Source of the DNA: a phage
Length of the DNA stretch: 64,000 bases
NCBI GenBank assembly: GCA_022979955.1
Contig: GCA_022979955.1_3642.1
Direction: 5' to 3' (one strand)
Below the pieces are notes generated by a model that had not been told where the DNA came from, made no database searches, and saw only the letters and a list, made by a program, of their open reading frames with translations. The stretch's first letter is position 1; every line of letters starts with the position of its first letter. Below are positions 54,982-63,433 of this stretch, one piece after another. A program made the position numbers and the translations under genes.

Positions 54982-55125
54982 ATAAAGAATATAACTAAAA
55001 TAACTAAATAATAAAAATAAAAGATCTAGTACTTATGGTACTAAGTACATATACTTAACTTATGTAGAATATACTAGATCCTAAGTACCATGTTTTAAAA
55101 TTATTACTTACTATAGGTAGTGTCG
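54982..55125. other. AT-rich tract with short palindromes next to the iterons (candidate DNA-unwinding element)
   Basis: ATAACTAAA x2, AGTAC...GTACT palindromes; no ORF. Confidence 0.45.
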
Positions 55126-55400
55126 GCCCTTCATTGGCACTCGCCTACGAGGGGCGAGATGCCGGGCCTCCTTGGTGCACACAATAACAGAAGTGCATAC
55201 ATGCAGGTCTGTTAACATGTGTGGGAGCGAAGCGATAGCGCAGGCCAAAGGCCGAGCACTGATGTGGACCACCGACGAAAGCTTGCCAGCGCCGTAAGGA
55301 GTCGGTTGAGAGTCTCCCGCGCGAGCTTGGATGAAGTTTATGTGTGGAAACTGACAAGAAGGCCCCTAAATCGCTCCACAGCTATATAAACTATACCAGG
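55126..55400. ncRNA. candidate structured non-coding RNA (GC-rich, nested hairpins)
   Basis: no SD-associated ORF; nested stem GGCCC..GGCA/CTCGCC-TACGAG-GGCGAG/TGCC..GGGCC and further hairpins. Confidence 0.35.
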
Positions 55401-55483
55401 TAATGCAATCGCACCAGTTTGATAGAAAAGCTCGTTACAAAGTGATACAGTGAGTTTTTCTATAACTTGAAGAGGAGGCAGCT

Positions 55484-56062
55484 ATGGGTTCACGCAAAGA
55501 TGACCGTGAAAAGATTGCAAAACGTTATCAGAATGAAGAACAGATGGAGAAAACTTTCAAGTGGAAGCCTGGTTTCCAGCGTAATCATTCTAACGCTCGT
55601 GATCGTAAGCATCCGGATAAGTGGCTAACACCGCCAAATGATGGCATGCAGGTTGGTGATGAGAAGGAGATGTCACCTGGAAAAGATGGCAACTACATTC
55701 GCACTAAGGAAGCTGGTCCAAAGGATGACAGCTATCTTGTAGATAAGGTTCTTAATGGTATTGATGTAGATGTTGACACTGCACGAAACCTTTTTCTTGG
55801 TTGGTATCGTACAGGGTTTTTCGACATCAAGGCTATTCGTCGTGTTTGCGATATTAAAAAGTCTGCCTATGATGATGACTCCCTACATCGCACTCTGAGA
55901 CAATACTCAGAGAGATACGGTCATCCAGTTATCACTCTTGACGATATTAACGAAGTGATGTATCATGCAGAGGTTGTTGCAGGTAGATTCGGTGATGCAT
56001 ATCTAGATATCCTTTCTGCAAAGGATGAGGTAATGTTAAATAAGATTTACTATGAACGCTGA
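55484..56062 (+). CDS. hypothetical protein
   Basis: ORF track; GAGGAGG SD. Confidence 0.5.
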   Translation: MGSRKDDREKIAKRYQNEEQMEKTFKWKPGFQRNHSNARDRKHPDKWLTPPNDGMQVGDEKEMSPGKDGNYIRTKEAGPKDDSYLVDKVLNGIDVDVDTARNLFLGWYRTGFFDIKAIRRVCDIKKSAYDDDSLHRTLRQYSERYGHPVITLDDINEVMYHAEVVAGRFGDAYLDILSAKDEVMLNKIYYER

Positions 56063-56072
56063 GGGGTGCTTA

Positions 56073-56261
56073 ATGAACAATCCGGTAGCAAAGAACTGTA
56101 CTAAGTTTAACAAGTCTGCGATTCACACTGACAGGAAAAAGGGCTGGTCTCCTGACATTGACGAGGAGCTTGAGAGTTACTTTGAAGACCTGGTCACTAA
56201 TGCAGATGAGGTTGCGATTAAAGAATACGCAGACAGGAAGGATAAGGCCGGAATCTGTTGA
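56073..56261 (+). CDS. hypothetical acidic protein
   Basis: ORF 56052..56261 trimmed to ATG with GAGGGG SD. Confidence 0.35.
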   Translation: MNNPVAKNCTKFNKSAIHTDRKKGWSPDIDEELESYFEDLVTNADEVAIKEYADRKDKAGIC

Positions 56262-56337
56262 CAAAAATAGTGTTACCTGATAAGATCTGCAATATGATGT
56301 GATGCAATTTTAACTTACGAGGTCTACAGGTAATGCT

Positions 56338-56580
56338 ATGTTTAAGGTTAAGCTCGTTTTTCGTTCCATGAATGAGGATTATTTAGAAGATGAAGGTGAA
56401 TTTCGTGCACTGGATGATGCAATAGATTTTGCCAACGACTTAGCTTGTATGAATACAGGTTATGGGCTATGTTGTTGGGATGGTGGTGTTCAGATCGGTG
56501 ATAGCAAGATCTTCTACTTCTACCCTGAGCCTGATAACAAACAAATTAAGTATGTTTTATTTATTTGTGCTTTACAATGA
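56338..56580 (+). CDS. hypothetical protein
   Basis: ORF track; promoter-like TTGACA at about 56270. Confidence 0.35.
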   Translation: MFKVKLVFRSMNEDYLEDEGEFRALDDAIDFANDLACMNTGYGLCCWDGGVQIGDSKIFYFYPEPDNKQIKYVLFICALQ

Positions 56581-56589
56581 GGTTGTTTT

Positions 56590-56900
56590 CGTGTATCATG
56601 ATGAATATCCAATTTAAAGATGAATTTGATGGCTTTATCTCCGGATGCTTTGAAACAGGGTTCGGAGAAGACTGAGTTCCCCTCAGAGGGCTTGATAGTG
56701 CACCACACTTAAAATGGTAGGGGCAGCCAGCACATGACGATGTGACCCCAGCCAACCTGTAACAAGGTCGAGCCGAAGCGCGGGTAATAGGCCTCTGGTA
56801 ACCCACTTGTTGGGTCTTGCTGGTCCAGGACGCTGGACAAGTCGCAGGGAATACCACCCTGCGGCGAACTTGACAATCAGTATTTGCTATGATAAAATCC
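56590..56900. ncRNA. candidate structured non-coding region (several GC hairpins)
   Basis: hairpins CACATGACGATGTG, GTCCAGG-ACG-CTGGAC, CGCAGGG-AATACCA-CCCTGCG; ORF 56807 start lacks SD. Confidence 0.3.
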
Positions 56901-56926
56901 ACCTATCACGTGATAATGGAGGAAAC

Positions 56927-57265
56927 ATGGCGGATACAACTAAAAAGCGTCGCCGTAGAGGCAGACCTCTGAAAGAGGAGTCCAACGCCATTCAGCTAGA
57001 GAAGAACATCCTTGATATGAAGGAATCTTTTATAGCGATGGTTCCAGAAGCTCACAAAGTTTTAAGAGAGCTGATGTTGGACCCGAAAACCAAACAAAAC
57101 ATTCGTCAAAGCATTGCAGAGTATGTTCTTGATAAGGCAGACCGAATGCAGGAAGAATATGATGAGATGTTTGGTGAAGAGGAAGAGGTGGTAGTAGAAG
57201 AGGCTGAAAAACCAGCACCTTTTATGCCATTTACTACAGAAATACAGCCTGTTAGCAATAGCTAA
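56927..57265 (+). CDS. hypothetical protein (basic N-terminus, acidic C-terminus)
   Basis: ORF 56807..57265 trimmed to ATG with GGAGGAAAC SD; promoter TTGACA..TAAAAT upstream. Confidence 0.5.
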   Translation: MADTTKKRRRRGRPLKEESNAIQLEKNILDMKESFIAMVPEAHKVLRELMLDPKTKQNIRQSIAEYVLDKADRMQEEYDEMFGEEEEVVVEEAEKPAPFMPFTTEIQPVSNS

Positions 57266-57274
57266 AATATTTTC

Positions 57275-57303
57275 TTGACAAACTTTGCTTAACAGTGTAA
57301 TAT
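57275..57303 (+). promoter_or_regulatory. sigma70-like promoter TTGACA-N17-TAATAT upstream of tRNA cluster
   Basis: hexamers read directly. Confidence 0.45.
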
Positions 57304-57361
57304 TGTAAACATGGTCTCCCACCTTTTCTGGCGGCTAAGGTGTAAAAGAAAGCCACCCAGT

Positions 57362-57436
57362 GCCCTGTTAGCTTAGTGGATAAAGCAGCGGCCTTCTAAG
57401 CCGTTGACACTGGTTCGAGTCCAGTACGGGGTGCCA
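57362..57436 (+). tRNA. tRNA-Arg (anticodon UCU)
   Basis: hand-folded cloverleaf: acceptor GCCCTGT/ACGGGGT, anticodon loop CTTCTAA, T-loop TTCGAGT, 3' CCA encoded. Confidence 0.7.
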
Positions 57437-57440
57437 AATT

Positions 57441-57527
57441 GGGGAGTTATCCCGTAGAGGTAGCGGTGTAGACTGTAAATCTATTGTCATTGCGACTCGG
57501 GTGGTTCGACTCCACCACTCCCCACCA
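57441..57527 (+). tRNA. tRNA-Tyr (anticodon GUA), type II long variable arm
   Basis: acceptor GGGGAGT/ACTCCCC, anticodon loop CTGTAAA, T-arm GGTGG-TTCGACT-CCACC, CCA encoded. Confidence 0.7.
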
Positions 57528-57641
57528 AATTTATATTTTTAGATGCGTAAATAATACAGATAATGGCATTGATATTTATCGTCGTTTATACTAGTCACTA
57601 ACTGCTCGAAAATCAGTGTCATTATCAGTATAATTTATAAA

Positions 57642-57732
57642 GGAGGGTAGGGAGCAATGGTGCTCAAGCGGTCTTGAAAACCGTCCCATTGAGGATGACT
57701 CGATGATGGTTCGATTCCATTACTCTCCGCCA
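57642..57732 (+). tRNA. tRNA-Ser (anticodon UGA), type II
   Basis: acceptor GGAGGGT/ACTCTCC, anticodon loop CTTGAAA, long variable arm, T-loop TTCGATT, CCA encoded. Confidence 0.65.
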
Positions 57733-57830
57733 CATTGTTGACCTTGTAATTAAGCGAAAGCCGGAAGCAGAACCGGATTATCAAATGTTACAGTCGTCAT
57801 CGCCGACTAGCAACATGGTCAACATACTGA

Positions 57831-57927
57831 GCTAGGTAAGCCCTTTGGCAAGGGCGAGGATTTTTAATCCTGAAAATAGACGAGGTAGTCGTTGAATACA
57901 TAGGTGGTTCGATTCCACCGCCTAGCA
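57831..57927 (+). tRNA. atypical tRNA-like gene (anticodon loop TTTTTAA, nominal Lys-UUU) with about 30-nt extra arm
   Basis: acceptor GCTAGGT/GCCTAGC, D-arm GCCC-TTTGGCAA-GGGC, T-arm GGTGG-TTCGATT-CCACC; 4-bp anticodon stem; no encoded CCA. Confidence 0.35.
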
Positions 57928-57933
57928 CCTTTT

Positions 57934-58009
57934 GCTGATGTAGCACAATTGGCAGTGCAATTGATTTGTAATCAATAGGTTGCAGGTTCAAGTCCTGCCA
58001 TCAGCACCA
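57934..58009 (+). tRNA. tRNA-Thr (anticodon UGU)
   Basis: acceptor GCTGATG/CATCAGC, anticodon stem ATTGA/TCAAT with loop TTTGTAA, T-arm GCAGG-TTCAAGT-CCTGC, CCA encoded. Confidence 0.75.
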
Positions 58010-58010
58010 T

Positions 58011-58085
58011 GGCCCTGTAGCTGGAAGGTTCAAGCAAGCGACTCATAATCGCCAGATGGTGGTTCAATTCCACCCAGGGCCACCA
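58011..58085 (+). tRNA. tRNA with CAU anticodon (Met, or Ile if lysidine-modified)
   Basis: acceptor GGCCCTG/CAGGGCC, anticodon loop CTCATAA, T-arm GGTGG-TTCAATT-CCACC, CCA encoded. Confidence 0.65.
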
Positions 58086-58096
58086 AATTATAAATA

Positions 58097-58163
58097 CTCC
58101 GCGTAGCTCAGCTTGGTAGAGCGCCTGATTTGGGATCAGGAGGTCGAGTGTTCGAATCACTCC
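58097..58163 (+). tRNA. tRNA-Pro (anticodon UGG)
   Basis: acceptor CTCCGCG/CGTGGAG, anticodon stem CCTGA/TCAGG with loop TTTGGGA, T-loop TTCGAAT, CCA encoded. Confidence 0.7.
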
Positions 58164-58219
58164 GTGGAGACCACCTTTAGTTATACTTTAAACATATACA
58201 AACGAAAGGAACCTTTAAA

Positions 58220-58489
58220 ATGTATACACTTAAAATTGTAGAGCGTGTAAATCCAACAAATACTGTAGATTTTCGTGACGATTTCAATCCTCTGGCTGTA
58301 AATCTTCGAGAGTCATATCATGAACTCAGCTGCGATGCAGTGGTGGTCTTTTTTGAAGACAACTCTGAAGGGGCGGTAGCTTGTGTTGTTGATAGTGAGC
58401 AGAAGTTTTATATTTACAGAGATGTAGATGCATACTTGATGAATGAAAATGCAGTTACTGTTAGAATCATCCACAGAGTGCCTCGATAA
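58220..58489 (+). CDS. hypothetical protein
   Basis: ORF track; AAAGGAACC SD-like. Confidence 0.45.
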   Translation: MYTLKIVERVNPTNTVDFRDDFNPLAVNLRESYHELSCDAVVVFFEDNSEGAVACVVDSEQKFYIYRDVDAYLMNENAVTVRIIHRVPR

Positions 58490-58544
58490 GTATTAGTCTC
58501 CTTTTAGTTAGTTTCGATCTATTTAGGTTACTCAATTTTAACCC

Positions 58545-58575
58545 GCCCCGTTAGCTGTATAGCTGCGGGGTTTTT
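58545..58575 (+). terminator. rho-independent terminator
   Basis: GC hairpin CCCCG...CGGGG followed by TTTTTTCGTTT. Confidence 0.5.
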
Positions 58576-58594
58576 TCGTTTCTGGAGCCTTAAA

Positions 58595-58993
58595 ATGATT
58601 TCAGGTTTAACATGGCTGAGTAGGTATAGAGGGATCATAAAAGGTTTAGTTTTTGCAGCGGCTATAGGTGCAGCTTATCTTGGGGCCGTGTATTGGTTTA
58701 ACTCTAAGCTTAATGATGCCTACCAAGAGGGTGTGTCAGCAACAGAGTTAAAGTGGGAACGGATCCTTGATCAGCAACAAAAGCAGGCCGACAAAATTAA
58801 AATGGGCCACGCAGAGGAGGTTAAAAACCTTGAAAAATCTCTTTCTGATTTGCAGGATAAATTAAATATAGCTGAGAGGGCAGGTAGAGAAAAGCAGATT
58901 ATCTACCTCCAATCACCTGAAGGTAAGAAGTCAACACTTCCTGATCAGCTTATAGATATTTATAATGAGAGTATCAATCAGGAGGATCGATGA
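58595..58993 (+). CDS. putative i-spanin (Rz-like)
   Basis: N-terminal TM helix then charged coiled-coil-like periplasmic domain; followed by overlapping lipoprotein gene. Confidence 0.5.
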   Translation: MISGLTWLSRYRGIIKGLVFAAAIGAAYLGAVYWFNSKLNDAYQEGVSATELKWERILDQQQKQADKIKMGHAEEVKNLEKSLSDLQDKLNIAERAGREKQIIYLQSPEGKKSTLPDQLIDIYNESINQEDR

Positions 58994-59277
58994 GAGTTGC
59001 TACACTGTTTATTGCGTGCTTGTTATTATGTGGGTGTGCAACCAGTGTTGAGAAAGAATACAAGATTGACCCTCCAGATGTAGGAAGGTTGATTGTTAAA
59101 CCCCCAGAAGGTGCCATGAAACCACCTGCTAAAGCTATGCCTTTGAAGAAAGGTGCGCCAGATGCAGTGAACTCTGGCATTATGAGGGATAATAATCTGT
59201 CTTGTAGCAATGATAGAGCTAAATTGATCATTTTGCAAGACTATATTAGAACACTGTTTCCAAAGGAGAGAGGTTAA
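58990..59277 (+). CDS. putative o-spanin (Rz1-like lipoprotein)
   Basis: signal peptide with lipobox LLCGC; Pro-rich mature region; ATGA overlap with upstream gene. Confidence 0.5.
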   Translation: MRVATLFIACLLLCGCATSVEKEYKIDPPDVGRLIVKPPEGAMKPPAKAMPLKKGAPDAVNSGIMRDNNLSCSNDRAKLIILQDYIRTLFPKERG

Positions 59278-59705
59278 TGTCTAAGATTTACGGACCGTGT
59301 TCTGAAAAGCAGAAGATGATCCTAGAAAACGATGCAGATATTTTGGTAATCGGCGGTGCCGCAGGGTCTGGCAAGTCGTTCCTCTTGCAGTTGATGCCAC
59401 TTAAAATTATTGATGACCCCCACAGCTCTGTGGTTATGTTCCGAAGAACAACCCCACAGTTGGAAGGTGAGGGTGGACTATGGCCTAAAGCAGTAGCTAT
59501 TTATAGTGATCTGCCTGAAAACATTAAGCCAAAGTTCAGAGAGAAGGATCATAAGTTCATTTTTCCACGGTTTGATCCGAACACTGGCAAGTGGGATAGG
59601 AGCAAAAAGGGAGCTGTTGTAAAATACTGCCACATGGAGTATGTACAAGATAAGCTTAACCATCAAGGGCTTGAGTACACCATGGTTTGCTTCGATGAGG
59701 GTTAA
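59277..59705 (+). CDS. terL: terminase large subunit, N-terminal exon (ATPase Walker A/B)
   Basis: Walker A VIGGAAGSGKS, Walker B-like MVCFDEG immediately before stop; C-terminal part resumes at about 60619. Confidence 0.6.
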   Translation: MSKIYGPCSEKQKMILENDADILVIGGAAGSGKSFLLQLMPLKIIDDPHSSVVMFRRTTPQLEGEGGLWPKAVAIYSDLPENIKPKFREKDHKFIFPRFDPNTGKWDRSKKGAVVKYCHMEYVQDKLNHQGLEYTMVCFDEG

Positions 59706-60640
59706 TTTGTAGCTCTCGTAAAACCTCCCTAATTGCGGGGAAATCTTTATTATTGACACCACCAACCTGTTATGGTAACATAATAGAGGCTTCGAAGAGA
59801 GATCGAAGGTATGGTAATAGTGTGTTAATTTAGATAATCCGCAGCGAAGCATCCGAGAGGATGAACGTTCAACGACTAGTCGAAAGACGTAGAATCAAGC
59901 GATTCGAAACGGGAGGGTGAATGTGTAATACTAAAAAATGTATGGATTGTCAAAGAGTTCTACCTATTGATGATTTCTTTTTATCATCTAAGAGCAAGGA
60001 TGGATACTCAGGTACATGCAAGGAATGCTATATGTACTACAGGAAGGGTGGATCTCGTAAAAACAAAAATATGGTTAAGAGAGATGACGCAGCATTGTTT
60101 ATTCAAGACTTGCTGAAGAAAGGTGAACTTTTTGAATGCAAATCTTGTCATGAAAGTATGCTCGCTGATAGTTTTTACACAAAACGTGACTATGGTAAAG
60201 TATACCTGGTTACGAACAGGTGTAAGATGTGTGAAAAGTTTTATCAGATTGAGAAAAAATTTCACATAACAAAAGATGAATACTATCGTCTACTCTCAGA
60301 TCAAGATCATAAGTGTGCCATTTGTAGAATATCTCTTGATGAGTATAGGACGCAAGGGTACAGAGATTTCTTTTGTGTTGATCATGACCATAAAACTGGC
60401 GCTGTAAGAGGGTTGCTTTGTGATAAATGCAACAGAGCTTTAGGTTTCTTCCAAGAGGATGAGGAAACTATTCTTAGAGCGGCAGAGTATTTGCACATTC
60501 ATAAGATATAGTCTGGTCTGCATGGAGACATGCAGCTGCCTGAAAATGGCGGGGCAAGACTAGCGACCTTGCCCGAACATAAACGACACAATTCGAATGG
60601 GAGCAGATAGACTACCTGATGTCTCGTTTGCGATCTCAGT
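59706..60640 (+). mobile_element. putative group I intron in terL carrying an HNH homing endonuclease gene
   Basis: terL frame interrupted right after Walker B; structured-looking flanks; free-standing HNH ORF with own SD; boundaries approximate. Confidence 0.5.
59921..60511 (+). CDS. HNH homing endonuclease (endonuclease VII-type motif)
   Basis: CVDHDHKTGAVRGLLCDKCNRALG motif plus N-terminal Cys-rich region; GGGAGGGTGA SD. Confidence 0.7.
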   Translation: MCNTKKCMDCQRVLPIDDFFLSSKSKDGYSGTCKECYMYYRKGGSRKNKNMVKRDDAALFIQDLLKKGELFECKSCHESMLADSFYTKRDYGKVYLVTNRCKMCEKFYQIEKKFHITKDEYYRLLSDQDHKCAICRISLDEYRTQGYRDFFCVDHDHKTGAVRGLLCDKCNRALGFFQEDEETILRAAEYLHIHKI

Positions 60641-61707
60641 CAAAGTATCCATCAAGGATGGTTATCAGCTGTAACCCTGATTCAGAACACATGCTTGCCA
60701 AACTGGTTAGATGGTGGTTGGACGATGAAGGGTATCCAGATCCGGAGAAATGTGGTAAGAAAAGATATTTTATCCGACGCGACGGTGAATTTATTTGGGG
60801 AGACTCTAAGGAAGAGTTGATAGAGAAATACACCACGGTTAACGGACTGGGTGTAGAGATCAAGCCAAGACCGTTGTCATTCTCGTTCATAGGCGCAACA
60901 ATATTTGATAATCCTGTCTGTTTGAGAGACAACCCAGAATACCTTGCTTTCCTCGAAGGTCTGCCAGAGCTGGAAAAAGCTCAGCTTCTCCATGGTAACT
61001 GGTTTGCAAAGCCTGAGGGTGCAAACTATTTTCAAAGATCTTTCCTTCGTGATGCCGATAGAGTACCCCTTGGATCAGTATCTTGCAGGGCATGGGATAA
61101 GGCAGGAACCGAGAGAACTTCTGGCAATAAATTTCCTGACTTTACTGCCAGTATTAAGGTAAGTAAAGATAGCGACGGCTTTTATTACCTGTCAGGGGAT
61201 TATTGTCCTGAAAACGTGGATGACGGGAGGTATTCCACAGGTCTGGAAGGCAAGTTCTGTAAAAAGGCTGGTGAACGAGATGTGATCATCAGGAAACAGG
61301 CGCAGTTTGATGGTGATGATTGCATAATCGTATTCTCTGTGGACCCTGGTCAGGCAGGTAAGAGTGAGTTCTTAACCTCATCCAGATCCTTGCTCGCCGA
61401 AGGGTTCAGGGTTGAAGAAGACCCAATGCCTTCCAACAAATCTAAACTGACAAGGTTCTCACCTTTTGCCAATCTTGCACAACAAGGGATGGTGAGGATT
61501 GTAAAATCCAGTTTCCATCCTGATACTCTGGAAGCATTTCTGACTGAACTTGAAAAATTCAACGGGGAAAGATCAACATTTAACAGAAAAGACGACTGGG
61601 CAGACTGTGTAGCTTCTGCGATTAATTTCCTGGAGAAAGAGGAGGTAGCACTTCCTTGTGTGATTCCATCAATCTCATCACCTTCTATGTTCAAGCGTTT
61701 TATCTAA
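60619..61707 (+). CDS. terL: terminase large subunit, C-terminal exon (nuclease domain); true exon start unresolved
   Basis: continues terminase after the intron (ISCNPD segment near start); size and position before portal. Confidence 0.55.
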   Translation: MSRLRSQSKYPSRMVISCNPDSEHMLAKLVRWWLDDEGYPDPEKCGKKRYFIRRDGEFIWGDSKEELIEKYTTVNGLGVEIKPRPLSFSFIGATIFDNPVCLRDNPEYLAFLEGLPELEKAQLLHGNWFAKPEGANYFQRSFLRDADRVPLGSVSCRAWDKAGTERTSGNKFPDFTASIKVSKDSDGFYYLSGDYCPENVDDGRYSTGLEGKFCKKAGERDVIIRKQAQFDGDDCIIVFSVDPGQAGKSEFLTSSRSLLAEGFRVEEDPMPSNKSKLTRFSPFANLAQQGMVRIVKSSFHPDTLEAFLTELEKFNGERSTFNRKDDWADCVASAINFLEKEEVALPCVIPSISSPSMFKRFI

Positions 61708-61809
61708 GTGTTGCCAATCTTAATTAGATGTGGTAGAATAGAGTAATCGGAGATACTAGCCCTCTAACACGAGGGCTATTTTGTTATACTGTTTTGAGGG
61801 GTAAAGCTT

Positions 61810-63366
61810 GTGTCCAAAAAGAACCGCAGGAAACACAACGCCACAGCCAAAACTGTGAATAAATCTGGGAACGCAGGCGCACCAACTCATAATGTTCGTA
61901 TGAGTGAGATCGGTTCTGGCGCACTTTCCCAAATTATGGCAGAATCGCAATCTATGATGGTTGAGGAATTGCGTTGGCCTCAGCTGATTGCCACAGTGGA
62001 GACTATGAAATGTGATTCCACAGTTGCTACTGCCTTAGATACAAAATATGTTTTCATCACGAAAGCATTCAATGATTTTAAGATCCTTTATAATGTTAAA
62101 AGTGAAGACTCTAAGAAAGCTGCTGAGCTTATAGAGTATTCTTTGCGTAATTTGGCAAACCAACAAACTCTTCGAGATATTGCAAGAAGCGCAGCTACCT
62201 TTAACGAGTATGGTTTTTCACTGTTTGAGAAAGTATACCGCAGAGAGAAAGAAGGTAAATATGCCGGGATGCTTCTTATTGATAAAATTGCATTCCGACC
62301 TCAGGCCAGTTTGTCCAGATCAGAGCCGTTTGTCTTTGACAAGAATAGTAGAACACTGACAGGTATTTATCAGTCACCTAATGCATTTCTAAACACTCAG
62401 AATGCACGCTGGGCTGGACCTCTTGCTGCAATGCCTTCAAAAGGCTTTAATGAGCCTGAAATTTTCATCCCTGCTAAAAAGCTTATGCTCATGACCCTGT
62501 CAGGAACAGAATCTAACCCTGCAGGTGTGTCACCGATGATAGGTTGCTACAGATCTTTCCGTGAGAAAGTTCTGATTGAAAACCTTGAGGTTGTTGGCTG
62601 TTCCAAAGACCTTGGTGGTGTGCTTGAGCTGAAAATTCCTTCCAATATTTTGAACAAGGCCAGCATTGACCCGAATTCAATGGAAGGGAGAATGGTTGCA
62701 GACCTTATGCTTGACGCAGCAAACGCCCATAGTGGTGAGCAAAGTTTCTTTATACTTCCGTCTGATAGAGATAAGTCTGGTAAAGAGCTTTACTCCATGA
62801 CCCTGAAGGGGGTTGACGGTATGGGTAAGCAATATTCCACTAAAGATTTGATCGATGCCCGTAAGAAGGCGATTCTTGACCGTTTCGGTGCTGGCTTTAT
62901 TAACCTCGGTAACGATAACGTTGGATCCTTCTCTCTGTCTGAGTCAAAACAGTCTATCCATGGTCATTTTGTTCAGCGTGATATAGATATTATCACTGAA
63001 GCCTTCAATAAGGATCTTATTCCACAGCTTCTGGCATTGAATGGTATCATCCTTGAAGATGATGATATGCCTAAACTGAAACCTGGTCTGATTGAAGAGG
63101 TGGACATGGAGAGCTTCTCCAAGTTTGTCCAGAGGATCGGTGCTGTAGGTTACTTGCCAAAAACTCCTGCAGTAATTAATAAGATTCTTGAAGTAGGCGG
63201 GTTTGATGAAAGATTTGACGAGGACATGGATCAGGAAGAGCTGATGAAGCTCTTGGGCCAGGACATCAGTAGGGCTGGTGATGGAATGGCTGCAGGATCC
63301 ACTGGTAACGGCACTTCTAAGATGTCATCAACCAGAGATAATTCCATATCCAACATGGAAAATTAA
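61810..63366 (+). CDS. putative portal protein (GTG start)
   Basis: 518 aa directly downstream of terL; GAGGGG SD before GTG; call by position and size only. Confidence 0.45.
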   Translation: MSKKNRRKHNATAKTVNKSGNAGAPTHNVRMSEIGSGALSQIMAESQSMMVEELRWPQLIATVETMKCDSTVATALDTKYVFITKAFNDFKILYNVKSEDSKKAAELIEYSLRNLANQQTLRDIARSAATFNEYGFSLFEKVYRREKEGKYAGMLLIDKIAFRPQASLSRSEPFVFDKNSRTLTGIYQSPNAFLNTQNARWAGPLAAMPSKGFNEPEIFIPAKKLMLMTLSGTESNPAGVSPMIGCYRSFREKVLIENLEVVGCSKDLGGVLELKIPSNILNKASIDPNSMEGRMVADLMLDAANAHSGEQSFFILPSDRDKSGKELYSMTLKGVDGMGKQYSTKDLIDARKKAILDRFGAGFINLGNDNVGSFSLSESKQSIHGHFVQRDIDIITEAFNKDLIPQLLALNGIILEDDDMPKLKPGLIEEVDMESFSKFVQRIGAVGYLPKTPAVINKILEVGGFDERFDEDMDQEELMKLLGQDISRAGDGMAAGSTGNGTSKMSSTRDNSISNMEN

Positions 63367-63433
63367 AAATTATCAACACAGGGGGTTGCAAAACCTCCTT
63401 TGGCGTGATAAAATAATCCACATGGGGAATAAT

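Noticed and set aside
56807-56926. Upstream extension of ORF 56807..57265
   Set aside because: No SD at 56807, whereas ATG at 56927 has GGAGGAAAC and a promoter just upstream; the extension overlaps the hairpin-rich region.
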